64,000 nt of DNA. Origin: an uncultured Clostridia bacterium (lineage in GTDB: Bacteria > Bacillota > Clostridia > Christensenellales > UBA3700). The stretch lies in contig CAMWNK010000001.1 of the NCBI GenBank assembly GCA_947175555.1, positions 28,547 through 92,546 of the forward strand, read 5' to 3'. Both the position numbers and the translations under genes were made by a program. Below are positions 39,200 to 50,077 of the stretch, in pieces. The notes beneath the pieces are model-generated. The model had not been told where the DNA came from and searched no databases. It saw only the letters and a list, made by a program, of their open reading frames with translations. Position 1 is the first letter of the stretch; every line of letters starts with the position of its first letter.

Positions 39200-39826
39200 A
39201 TGGAAAGAAAAAAAATAATTAATAGATATAAGCGCGCCGAGGTTTATGATATTTATAATAAGCGTGATTGTCCGTTTTGCTTTATCATGACAAAAATTGA
39301 CATCACCAATATAGTTAAGTATTGCAAAAAACATAAACATTATTATGCAACTATTGCGTGGGCATTAATGATGGCAACAAATGATATGTTCGAGATGCGA
39401 ATCAGATATGAAGATGGCGAATTTTACGAATATGATCTAATGCATCCTGAATTTATGTTGCCTTTTGAAAATGGGATAGCGGGTTGTCTTGGCTGTGAAA
39501 TGAAAAAAAATTATGTAGAATTCATCCAAGAATATGATAAGCAAAAAAGCATATTTGAAAATCTACAAGAGAATATTTATTGTCAAGATAATGGCACAAT
39601 TTGGATAAGCTGTGAACCGTGGATGGAATTGAGTTCTATAATTCCCCCATTTGATAAAAAAATTGATTTTCAACGTTTTATATGGGATAAAATAAAAAAA
39701 GAAAAAGGTCATTATACTGTTAATATACTAATAATGTTTCATCACGGCTACTTAGATGGCCAACATGTGGCACAATTTTTAGACAAGTTTAAGCATTACG
39801 AGGCGGAGTTTAGGAAATATAATTAA
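39200..39826 (+). CDS. CAT-family (chloramphenicol-acetyltransferase-like) acyltransferase
   Basis: ATG 39200 after RBS TGAGGTG; the track start at 39089 lies inside the dipeptidase gene. About 208 aa. Catalytic region IMFHHGYLDGQHVAQFLDKF parallels CAT QVHHAVCDGFHVGRMLNEL. Confidence 0.7.
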   Translation: MERKKIINRYKRAEVYDIYNKRDCPFCFIMTKIDITNIVKYCKKHKHYYATIAWALMMATNDMFEMRIRYEDGEFYEYDLMHPEFMLPFENGIAGCLGCEMKKNYVEFIQEYDKQKSIFENLQENIYCQDNGTIWISCEPWMELSSIIPPFDKKIDFQRFIWDKIKKEKGHYTVNILIMFHHGYLDGQHVAQFLDKFKHYEAEFRKYN

Positions 39827-39971
39827 TGGATAAAATTATAGTCAGAATTCAGTATTAGTTTTTTATCCAGATAAACGAATACGTAATATTAAAAATTGTA
39901 TGGCATCTACCTTACAGAATAACTTTTATTAGGAGACTTATTATAAGATATTTAATTAAATGAGAGAAATA

Positions 39972-39999
39972 AGGAACTTGCAAAATGCAACTTCCTTTT
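39972..39999 (+). terminator. Terminator closing the cargo operon
   Basis: AGGAACTTGCA-aaa-TGCAACTTCCT (one C/C mismatch) followed by TTTT. A second long-loop hairpin, TGGATAAAA...TTTTATCCA, lies just after the CAT stop. Confidence 0.5.
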
Positions 40000-40030
40000 G
40001 TGTGAATGAAATTGCTTGTCTTTGGGAAGA

Positions 40031-40059
40031 TTGCAAATATTCATAATAAGTGATATACT
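40031..40059 (+). promoter_or_regulatory. Promoter placed for a leaderless transcript of the polymerase-like gene
   Basis: TTGCAA (40031-40036), 17-nt spacer, TATACT (40054-40059). ATG 40066 lies 6 nt after the -10, with no SD. Confidence 0.45.
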
Positions 40060-40065
40060 CTAATC

Positions 40066-42624
40066 ATGCACAAAGGGTATCGAATAATTTCCGTTGAGGC
40101 GGCGGATATATATAAACACGAACAAGAATATGGCGTTGCTGTCGGGTATAAGTTGCCCGAAGTAAAGAGCGACGCCTATTTTTGGTTATTCAAAAATAAA
40201 TTGGATTATTCGTTAGATAGCATTGAGCTTGAAAAAGCATACACTCGAATTTGCCGTAAAAAGTTTTCCTTTGTGGACGGACACAATAATAGCTATACTC
40301 TCGCCGTTATCAATGTGAAATTTAATTTTACATATAAGCCCGAGGACGGTAAGCCCTTAAAAGTCAAACGATTGCGAGAATACTTTTATGCCAACGGCTT
40401 TAACGTAAACGGAGTTCACTACGTCAGATACAAGCGTAGTGCCGGAAGTTCGCGCGAAGGTACTTGTTTATTTATAGACGAGCGATTATATAAGTACATG
40501 ACGAAATGGAGTGAGTGCGGATTAAAATCACAATCCGATCTCGCTTCGTGGGAATCGTACAGAGCTTTGTCATTAAGCGGTATAAAAGGCACAATCGAAA
40601 TTCCTTTGGACGGAATATTGTTTGTGCCGGATTGTAAAAGCACGTTTACTGATGAAGTAGTTGCCGTAGAAATGCAAGGCGGTAAGCTGACCGCCCAAAC
40701 AAAGCAAACGCAAATCACAAACGATATTTGGGACGGAGAAAGCCTTTTAGACGAAAGTCTATTTGTGAAGCAATATGCGGATAAACATATGCTACTTCTG
40801 CGTAATAAGTTTTTCAAATCTTGCGGTTTTAAGACAAAACTTCAAAAGTGGATTAAAGATAAAGGCATTACGCTTGATGACTTGAAAGCTCGCGATTTTG
40901 TTACGCTTGCGACGGATATAAGTCAAATCGTAATGGTAACAACGCCCAATAGCTTGAAATATCTGAAATTTGTGGGCGCTCTAAGCGACAAAAATATTCG
41001 CAAATGGACTGAGAATGTAAACAGCACCTTCGGCGTGGTCAAATGGGATAAACGCACAAAGTATTTTGGCGGTAGATTGGTTCAAAGCAGTTATCAATTT
41101 TTGAACACTCTCGGGCTTACCGAGCAAGAGACCGCAGCATTATTACAGCCAAGCTTTGATTATATTTCATACGTTCGCAGAGATATAGACTTTATGCGCT
41201 TTCACTTTGCCGAAGCGTATGCAAAGGAAAGCGACGGCGAAGAAAAGCAAACGCCGGACGGTCTTGCCGAACGCGCCGACGTTATTTTCAAGCTTCTATA
41301 TGACAGTCCGTTTTTCGATCAAACGGCACTATATACGAATTTCAAAAACGATGTTGTAAGTAGTCTGAAAGAACAACTACGGCGCGGGCATATTCTCTTG
41401 AATGGCACTAACACTACGTTGCTCGGTAACGGTACGGAGCTATTAAAATATATTGCCGGTGAAGAAGTAACAAGCGAATTGAAGAACGATCAGATCCGAT
41501 GTGAAAGATTTGAGAACGGCGCGAAGCTGCTTTGCGCTCGCTCACCGCATATAACTATGGGCAATCTCTATCTTGTGGAAAACAATCTCAACGGAGCAAT
41601 ATGGGATTACTTTGATTTGGGCTAGAATATAGTTTGTGTCAACGCTATCAATGAAAATATACAGCAACGCTTGAATGGTTGTGACTACGATTCCGATACA
41701 ATGCTTATTACGGATGACAAGTTATTAGTTGAAGCGGCGGAGAAAAGGGATGATCTTTTCAAAGTTCCCGTTTGCAGTATATTGTCCGGTGGCAATGCAA
41801 ACGATGCTCTTTCGGAACTCGACCACAAGACAAGCGAAAATAAAATCGGTGAAATAGTCAATCTGTCGCAAAAACTTAACAGCCTTATTTGGGACAAGCT
41901 CAATAACGGCGCAAGCACGGCAGATATACTTCCTATTTATGAGGATGTTTGCAAGCTTGCTGTTCTTTCGGGATTGGGAATAGATAAAGCAAAGCGCGCC
42001 TACGATAATGTGAACGTCGGTGCAGAGCTTACGGCTCTACGCAAGAAATATTACGCTCCCGCACCTGTATTCTTTCAAGAGATAGATGAAGCATATAGAA
42101 ACAGAGAGAAGCAATACGCCTTTTATAACACGGCGATGGACTATATTTTTGAGGCAGTAAAGGCGTTTCACTTCCGCAAAGGTAAGGCGAAAGTAAAAGA
42201 CTATGAGCCTATCTCGCGGATATTCGGCAATAGAACGACCTCGGACAATGCAACCGATTACCGTCACCGCGACAAGATTATAGAGATTTGCGACGAGTAT
42301 AAAACGAGACTCGGTAGATTATATATGGCGCTTCGCTCGTCGGACGAAAAAGAACGCGAAGTCATCTACGAAAGAATACAGGACGAAAAAGCCGAAAGAG
42401 ACCGTAAAGTTTCAAGGTGGCTGACGAGCAAAAACGTGATGATCTTTGTGATACGGCATTATGAGAAAAACAGTCCGTCCGATTGGCGCATTTACGCGCC
42501 GCTTATAAATACACCGCTGTTTCAAAAAGAAATGTTTGCTTATCCGATGCCGGAGTTTTTTATTGTAGACGATCCCGACGGACAGTATTGTTTATACGGC
42601 AGAAATTTTACAAAAACAATGTAA
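40066..42624 (+). pseudogene. RdRP-like / double-psi-beta-barrel polymerase homolog interrupted by one in-frame TAG (41623-41625)
   Basis: Track ORFs 40066..41625 and 41671..42624 are in the same frame, and the 45 nt between them are also open. DxDxD motif NGCDYDSDTMLITDD, plus blocks YKRSAGSSREGTCLFI and LLCARSPHITMGNLYLV, resemble the eukaryotic-type RdRP (QDE-1/RDR) family as recalled from memory. Confidence 0.55.
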
Positions 42625-43054
42625 AAAGTGAAAGAGCCTAAAAAGTCAGTAAGTGAAGTGTGTGGCATTATCGAGCCTAATCGGGCATAAACCACTGTTT
42701 TCGACACTATCTTGTGGCAAAAGTCGCATAATGAAACCGCCAACATAAAACCAAGTAATCGGCGTAATAGGACGCGCACGAACAGAGCGCGAATATAGCT
42801 CGACTGTGGACAACGGTCGGGCTTTTATATTGCTTGGACAAAGCATAAACAAATCAATTTTCAAGGAGGAAAAAGCAAACAAAAAACAAGGTGTAGCCGT
42901 TAGCCTTAAAACAATGGCAATAGAAAATTGAATATTAGAAGTGAGGGCTTGGGATGTCGGTAATAGCGAGGAACGTATTTGGCTTGCCAAATACCGCCGA
43001 CAAGTCGGCGTCCTCGTTAGGGAGAGCCCTAAGACCCCAATAAACAGAATGAAC
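42625..43054 (+). other. Non-coding region likely to contain oriT of the element
   Basis: About 430 nt without a credible ORF, directly upstream of mobC and the relaxase gene. Contains inverted repeats (GCCGAC-aa-GTCGGC near 43005; TTAGGG-agag-CCCTAA near 43017-43032). Confidence 0.3.
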
Positions 43055-43068
43055 GAGGAGGAATAATT

Positions 43069-43398
43069 ATAGGGAACAGAACAAGACCCTTTGCTTATAC
43101 ATTCAGAGCGACGGATAAAGAAAGACAAATCATTGATGAGAAAATCAAGCAAAGCGGACTTACAATGACGGAGTTTGTAATACGCACAATTACGGATAAG
43201 CCTATTACCGTAGTCGAGAACGCAGGAGAAATTTTGACCGAACTAAAACGACAAGGCAATAATCTCAATCAGGCGGTGCGCAATTACTATTGCGACAACG
43301 ATACGAGAGCCGAGATTAATTTGTGCGTATCAAAACTGAAAGAACTCTACAAAAGTTTGATCGCCGCTATGGGTGGAACGAGTAATGCCGCTACTTAA
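43069..43398 (+). CDS. mobC: MobC-family relaxosome accessory protein (canonical start codon apparently lost)
   Basis: LKRQGNNLNQAVRNYY is the MobC signature. The conserved RHH-like N-terminus (RTRPFAYTFRATDKERQIIDEKIKQSGLTMTEFV) lies upstream of the first ATG (43165). The frame is open from 43033 with no ATG/GTG/TTG. RBS GAGGAGG (43055-43061) is followed at 7 nt by ATA (43069). Confidence 0.65.
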   Translation: MGNRTRPFAYTFRATDKERQIIDEKIKQSGLTMTEFVIRTITDKPITVVENAGEILTELKRQGNNLNQAVRNYYCDNDTRAEINLCVSKLKELYKSLIAAMGGTSNAAT

Positions 43399-44763
43399 AT
43401 GCAGTGCGGGAAAAGCGAAACCGCAAGCGGCTATCGGGTACATAACAAACCCGAAGAAAGCGGAAATAATCTCTGTGGGAAATCTTTTCGAAGATGAGGA
43501 TTACGCCAAGCAGTTTGAGACAACAGCGGCTATGTACGGAAAAGGAAAAGCCTTTAACGAGCGTAAGTATTATCATTTCAAGCTGTCGTGTGCAAGGCAA
43601 GATAACCTTACTCCGCAAGAAGCACATAAATTTGCGGAAAAAGTAGCGGAACGACTATTCCAAGATTATGAGTGTGTTTTAGTCACGCATACGGATACCG
43701 ACACCGTTCACAGTCACATAATCGTGAATGCTGTAAATCCACTTACGGGAAAGAAGTTGCAGTTCAGCCCCAAAGATTACGTCGCTATGAAAGACGAAGT
43801 AAATCGTTTGGGCAAGGAACACGGCTATACCGAAACAGATTTTCGTAAGCGCGGCAAGAACAGCCGTACTGCGGCCGAGCGAAAGATTATTCTAAACGGT
43901 GGCGTGTCTTGGAAAGAAGAATTGCGAGAAGTCATTGTAGAAGCCATAGAAAAATCCAAAGACGAGCAAGAGTTCAAGGACTATCTCAAAACGTGCTACG
44001 GTGTCGAAATAACGAGAAGCGGAAAGGATTTTTCTTATCTTCATCCGCAGAAGCAAAAGCCTATCCGAGGGGTAAAGCTCGGAACAAACTATACAAAAGC
44101 GAGGTATTAAGAAAATTTGGAGAACAAAATTACAGGAAAAAATCCACAGACAATAACGGACATAGAGGCGGTGTCGTTCGAGGACAATCTCCGGCACAAG
44201 AGTTGTGCGATCAGGTGGACTTACTAACGGCGGAGGCGCGGGAAGGGCTATTATACAAAGCCTTAGCTGTATCGAACGAGAAATGCAACAAATTAGTTTC
44301 GGAGCAGACTGCGCAAATAGAGGAACTGACGCGGCAAGTGAAGAACGTAAGATTGAGCGTGAACGAACTCGAATGGAATCTGAAAGGAGACAACGAGAAC
44401 TTGCTGAAAAGAATGCGGCAGCAGTCCGAGAGTATGCAGACGAACATGCAGGAGAATGTTCGGGAATTGCAGAGTCTGACGGAGCAGATACAAACCGAGG
44501 TAAGAACAGCTACGGCAAGGGCGACTGACGAAGCAAGTGTCAAATTCAATAAACGCATAGACGAAGCGGCGGATGAAGCCACGCAAAAGATAACCGAGAA
44601 CGCGAAAGAAATCACGGAGAAAGTTAAAGCAACCGAGCAGGAGATAGCCCGAGTAAAAGATGAAATTCACTATGAACGCGGCTTTCGTAAGTTCTTCTTT
44701 TGGGCAACACCGATATTACTTCTCGCGCAAACCGTAGTAAGTATGTTCTTGTTATTGCGCTGA
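43373..44763 (+). pseudogene. MobA/VirD2-family relaxase, split by a 1-nt deletion in an A-run (44095-44098)
   Basis: N-terminal relaxase domain with the His triad HTDTDTVHSHIIVNAV. The frame ends at 44110, but the -1 frame continues ..YKSEVLRKFGEQN.. into a long coiled-coil tail with a C-terminal TM (to 44763). ACAAAAGC would read through as ACAAAAAGC. Confidence 0.75.
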
Positions 44764-44868
44764 ATATAAAGTCGTATTAATATTAAAAAACGCTTGACTC
44801 TTACCGTCTATCCGAGTATAATGGAATAAAGTCGTACAAATACGACGCATATATTTAAGGAGGTAATC

Positions 44869-45156
44869 ATGGAAAAGAAAGACAGATCGGTTAAGGACAA
44901 GCGTTACGAAGAACGACACAAAGCTGAACGTAAAGCCAAGTGTATGGTTTGGGGAACGAGTGTACCGAGAGAAAAAGCCGAACAAATAAACGAGTTTTTG
45001 AAAAGATACGGCTATACAAAGGTACAACTGATAGAAGCAGGATACAACGCGCTCATTGAGCAGGCGGCTGAACATAATACCGACCTTGCGAAAATAATGG
45101 ACGGGTATGATGACTTTTTCGGTTTTGAGAAAGTCGATGAAAAGAAAACCGAATAA
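44869..45156 (+). CDS. Hypothetical small basic protein, possibly ribbon-helix-helix DNA binding
   Basis: RBS AAGGAGG. 95 aa. SVPREKAEQINEFLKRYGYTKVQLIEAGYNAL resembles CopG/Arc-type RHH; tentative. Confidence 0.35.
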   Translation: MEKKDRSVKDKRYEERHKAERKAKCMVWGTSVPREKAEQINEFLKRYGYTKVQLIEAGYNALIEQAAEHNTDLAKIMDGYDDFFGFEKVDEKKTE

Positions 45157-45263
45157 CTATAAAATCTTTTCGTATAAGGAGGAACACGCGATGGAGAGAG
45201 AACATAGTATTCAAAGCTATAAGGACGCGGAGTAATTCCGAGTTAACGTCCGAATAAGGATAC

Positions 45264-47079
<1,816 letters not shown>

Positions 47080-47355
47080 TACAACTATCCCCAAAACGGA
47101 AAAGTGGCATAGCTTTTCGCTATGCCACCATCCGAAGGGATTAAATAATCCCTACGAAACACACCCATAAGTGCGGCTTTCTCTATTTTATGCGCATAAT
47201 TTGAATGCAGACATAAATGTATCGGCGCATAATAAGAAGGGAAACAATCCTTATAAAGGACGGTTTCCCTTTCAATTAGCCGCTAATATGAGGCGAGAGA
47301 ATAAGTATTATTATAATTAAACTTTGTTCGCCGAATATTACGCTTGGCGGTTATA

Positions 47356-47595
47356 CTACTCACAAAACAGCAACGGTCTATCCATCGCCACGCATACGAT
47401 ATCGAGTATCCAGCAGATAAAGCTACCGGGGAATATCCACAGTATACCGAATAGCAGCGTGATTAAGTTATTCTTAACTACGCCTTTGGCAATTCTCACT
47501 ATTGCCCAAAAGATATCCAAGAAAGGTAAGCACAGTATTATCTTAACAATCTTGGGAAGTTCGTCTATAGACTTAAAGATGTCTTCGTTAGCCAT
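47356..47595 (-). CDS. Hypothetical small membrane protein (2 TM)
   Basis: 79 aa, RBS GGAGG on the minus strand, two hydrophobic helices. No family recognised. Confidence 0.5.
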   Translation of the reverse strand: MANEDIFKSIDELPKIVKIILCLPFLDIFWAIVRIAKGVVKNNLITLLFGILWIFPGSFICWILDIVCVAMDRPLLFCE

Positions 47596-47716
47596 AAAGT
47601 TGTACCTCCTGAATAATTACATTATATTACATTGAAATCTAAAAGTGTAGCATTAATTATATATTATTACAAAAGACAGGCACATACATGAAGAAATTGG
47701 CATTGTATGTATTAAT

Positions 47717-48979
47717 ATGACGGAAGATACATACCGCGGCGCGCTGATAGGCTGCCGCTTCGCCTATGCGGTGCAGGCCGTAGGCAACAATTTGACGCCC
47801 GTATTACTTACGGTTTTTGCTTCGCTGTACGGCGTATCGCTGGCTAAGCTCAGCTTAATAATAACTATCAATTTTATCGTGCAGATACCTGCCGACATGC
47901 TGTCGGTTAAGATATGCAACCGTCTCGGCTACAGAGCGGCTATGCTGATAGCGCAGTTTATTTCGCTTACGGGACTTATAATGATGAGCTTGTTGCCTAC
48001 GGCAACGGGCGGACACTTGGCGTCGCTGATAGTATCTTCCGCGCTTGTTTCTGTAGGCGGAGGACTTACGGAAGTCGTAGTATCTCCGCTTACTGACTCG
48101 CTGCCTACGGGCGCAAGCAAGAGTAAGCTCGCGCTGTTACATTCATCTTATTGCTGGGCGGCGTGCGCCGTTATTGCCGCGGCGTCGCTTACTTTAGCGG
48201 TAACAGGTTATTCGCGGTGGTATATTCTGCCGCTGTGCTTTACTGCTTTACCGATAATCAATATATTGGTATTCTCGATAGTCAAGATGCCGATGTGCGC
48301 TCAGCCTGCGCTTGTCTCGGATATCAGGCAGTGGGGCAAGGACAAGACTTTTTATATCCTTATAGCCGTCATGTTCTGCGCAGGCGCGGCGGAGGTTACC
48401 GTATCGCAATGGTCGTCGCTCTTTGCAGAGCAGGCGCTGAGTTTAGATAAGCAGCTTGGAGATATCCTCGGTCCGTGTGCCTTTGCCGCGTCGATGGGCA
48501 TAGGCAGACTGCTGATAAGCGTATCCGCAGGCGACGGCGGAAAAGTTATGACGCTTGCCGCGGCGGGCTGTGCGGTATGTTACGTAACAACGGCGTTAAT
48601 GCCGCTCAAGGCGATGTCGCTTGCCGCTTGCGCACTTTGCGGTCTTACCGTGAGCGTAATGAGCCCGTCAGCCTATTCGCTTGCGTCAAAAAGGCTTGCC
48701 GGAGGCAATATATTACTATTCGGGATACTGGCTATTGCCGCAGATATCGGTTGCAGTGCGGGACCTGCCATTACGGGACTGATATCCGATGCGGTAGATG
48801 GCAGCTCGCTCGGCGACATATGCGAGTCTTTGGGCTTTGGCACGCAAGAACTTGCCATGCGAGTAGGCATTGCGGCGGGAGCTATATTTCCTATAATTTT
48901 ATTAGTATTAAGTCGTGTGCTCGATAGACGTCAAAGAGCAGATTGCCCTTTGCGCAATATGTTATCGCATAACGCATAG
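47717..48979 (+). CDS. MFS-type transporter
   Basis: 420 aa with about 12 hydrophobic segments. Loop motif between TM2 and TM3 (ADMLSVKICNRLGYR) resembles the MFS D-R/K-x-G-R-R/K motif. Confidence 0.75.
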   Translation: MTEDTYRGALIGCRFAYAVQAVGNNLTPVLLTVFASLYGVSLAKLSLIITINFIVQIPADMLSVKICNRLGYRAAMLIAQFISLTGLIMMSLLPTATGGHLASLIVSSALVSVGGGLTEVVVSPLTDSLPTGASKSKLALLHSSYCWAACAVIAAASLTLAVTGYSRWYILPLCFTALPIINILVFSIVKMPMCAQPALVSDIRQWGKDKTFYILIAVMFCAGAAEVTVSQWSSLFAEQALSLDKQLGDILGPCAFAASMGIGRLLISVSAGDGGKVMTLAAAGCAVCYVTTALMPLKAMSLAACALCGLTVSVMSPSAYSLASKRLAGGNILLFGILAIAADIGCSAGPAITGLISDAVDGSSLGDICESLGFGTQELAMRVGIAAGAIFPIILLVLSRVLDRRQRADCPLRNMLSHNA

Positions 48980-49233
48980 CACAAAGTTACTGCTTATATC
49001 GCAAGTGAAATTTTTCTGCCTCGGATAATAATTTCCTTATAAAAGACAACGCTATAATTAATCGTTTATCAGTTAGCAATATTACTACGCTATATATAAT
49101 CTTAGTTTATTTAGTATAATTAAATAATATATAATATTATCCGTAAGGACGCTTATAAACATAATAATTTTACATCGGATTAAATCAAAAATTAAATAAG
49201 ACAAATCCTTAAATCTACTCGGGGAAATTCACT

Positions 49234-49923
49234 GTGCGCACTTTAGATGATACGGGCAAGCTACGCATATGCTCGGGCTATACAGTAGACAATTATTTAG
49301 ACGCAGATACAAGCGGTTACTTATTGCAAGCAATAGTCGATGTAATAGGCGTGGCGGCGAGAGACTTTCCGCAAGTCAAGAAGGCAATAAGGTGTGTAGG
49401 CATATCGGATAATATGGTTGCGCGTTGCAGGGCGGAGCTTGACTTAGTTGGCGCAGACGGGGATAAGATAGTAGCGCGTATCGGCATAACGAGAATGTCA
49501 GGCATGTGCTATCTTCCAAGGATTGAAGGCAGAGATAAAGCGAGTAAAATACTGTCGCGCTATTGCGGAATATACATGACAAGAAGTGTATTGGAGCATA
49601 TCGAGGAGTTTGAAGAGAAACTGAGGAGAAGTATATCGGCGGGCTGGATAAGCATAGGCTCGGGGGATATAAGACAAGCTATAGCGCACGAGGTGGGACA
49701 CGCAATAGATTATGCGTTAAGGCTGAGCGAGAGAGAAGAAATAATACAGATATATCTAAGCAATATCACGGCAATGGGCGTGTACGCTTCAAGCGATATA
49801 AGAGAGTATATAGCAGAGTGCTATGCCGAGTATGCTACGTTAGATACGCCTTGCGATATTGCCGTGCAAGTAGTAGAAACAATTCAAAAAATAATAAGCG
49901 ATTATGATCTTTATAAAAGATAA
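49234..49923 (+). CDS. Hypothetical protein with HExxH zinc-metallopeptidase motif
   Basis: GTG start. AIAHEVGHAIDY motif. No signal peptide. Family not recognised. Confidence 0.45.
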   Translation: MRTLDDTGKLRICSGYTVDNYLDADTSGYLLQAIVDVIGVAARDFPQVKKAIRCVGISDNMVARCRAELDLVGADGDKIVARIGITRMSGMCYLPRIEGRDKASKILSRYCGIYMTRSVLEHIEEFEEKLRRSISAGWISIGSGDIRQAIAHEVGHAIDYALRLSEREEIIQIYLSNITAMGVYASSDIREYIAECYAEYATLDTPCDIAVQVVETIQKIISDYDLYKR

Positions 49924-49930
49924 AAAGATA

Positions 49931-49952
49931 GACCTATTATTGTAATAGGTCC
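49931..49952. repeat. Left copy of a 22-bp perfect inverted repeat (itself a 9-bp-stem palindrome)
   Basis: GACCTATTATTGTAATAGGTCC is the exact reverse complement of 50078-50099. Confidence 0.9.
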
Positions 49953-50077
49953 TTAATATTTACTATATTATAATACTTTTACATACTATACGCAACATTA
50001 AATGCTATTCTTCGACCTAATATCAGCCTAATAATTTCTAAACGGTATATTTTACACCCTTTTTCAGTCGTCAAAGT

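Noticed and set aside
39200-39826. CAT-like gene as a catP-type chloramphenicol resistance cargo, by analogy with Tn4451
   Set aside because: Only the catalytic HH..DG.H region is clearly CAT-like. The gene is the last cistron of an enzyme operon rather than a stand-alone resistance gene. Resistance cannot be claimed from sequence.
42646-43152. 168-aa minus-strand ORF between the polymerase-like gene and mobC
   Set aside because: It has no SD and an odd composition (S/L/R/C-rich). It overlaps the mobC N-terminal coding region and the inverted repeats. The region is better explained as non-coding oriT plus mobC.
47688-47720. Tiny ORF MKKLALYVLI whose stop overlaps the MFS transporter ATG (possible uORF or frameshifted N-terminus)
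   Set aside because: It is only 10 codons with no SD. The MFS ORF is plausible as it stands. This is insufficient evidence for either a uORF or a lesion.
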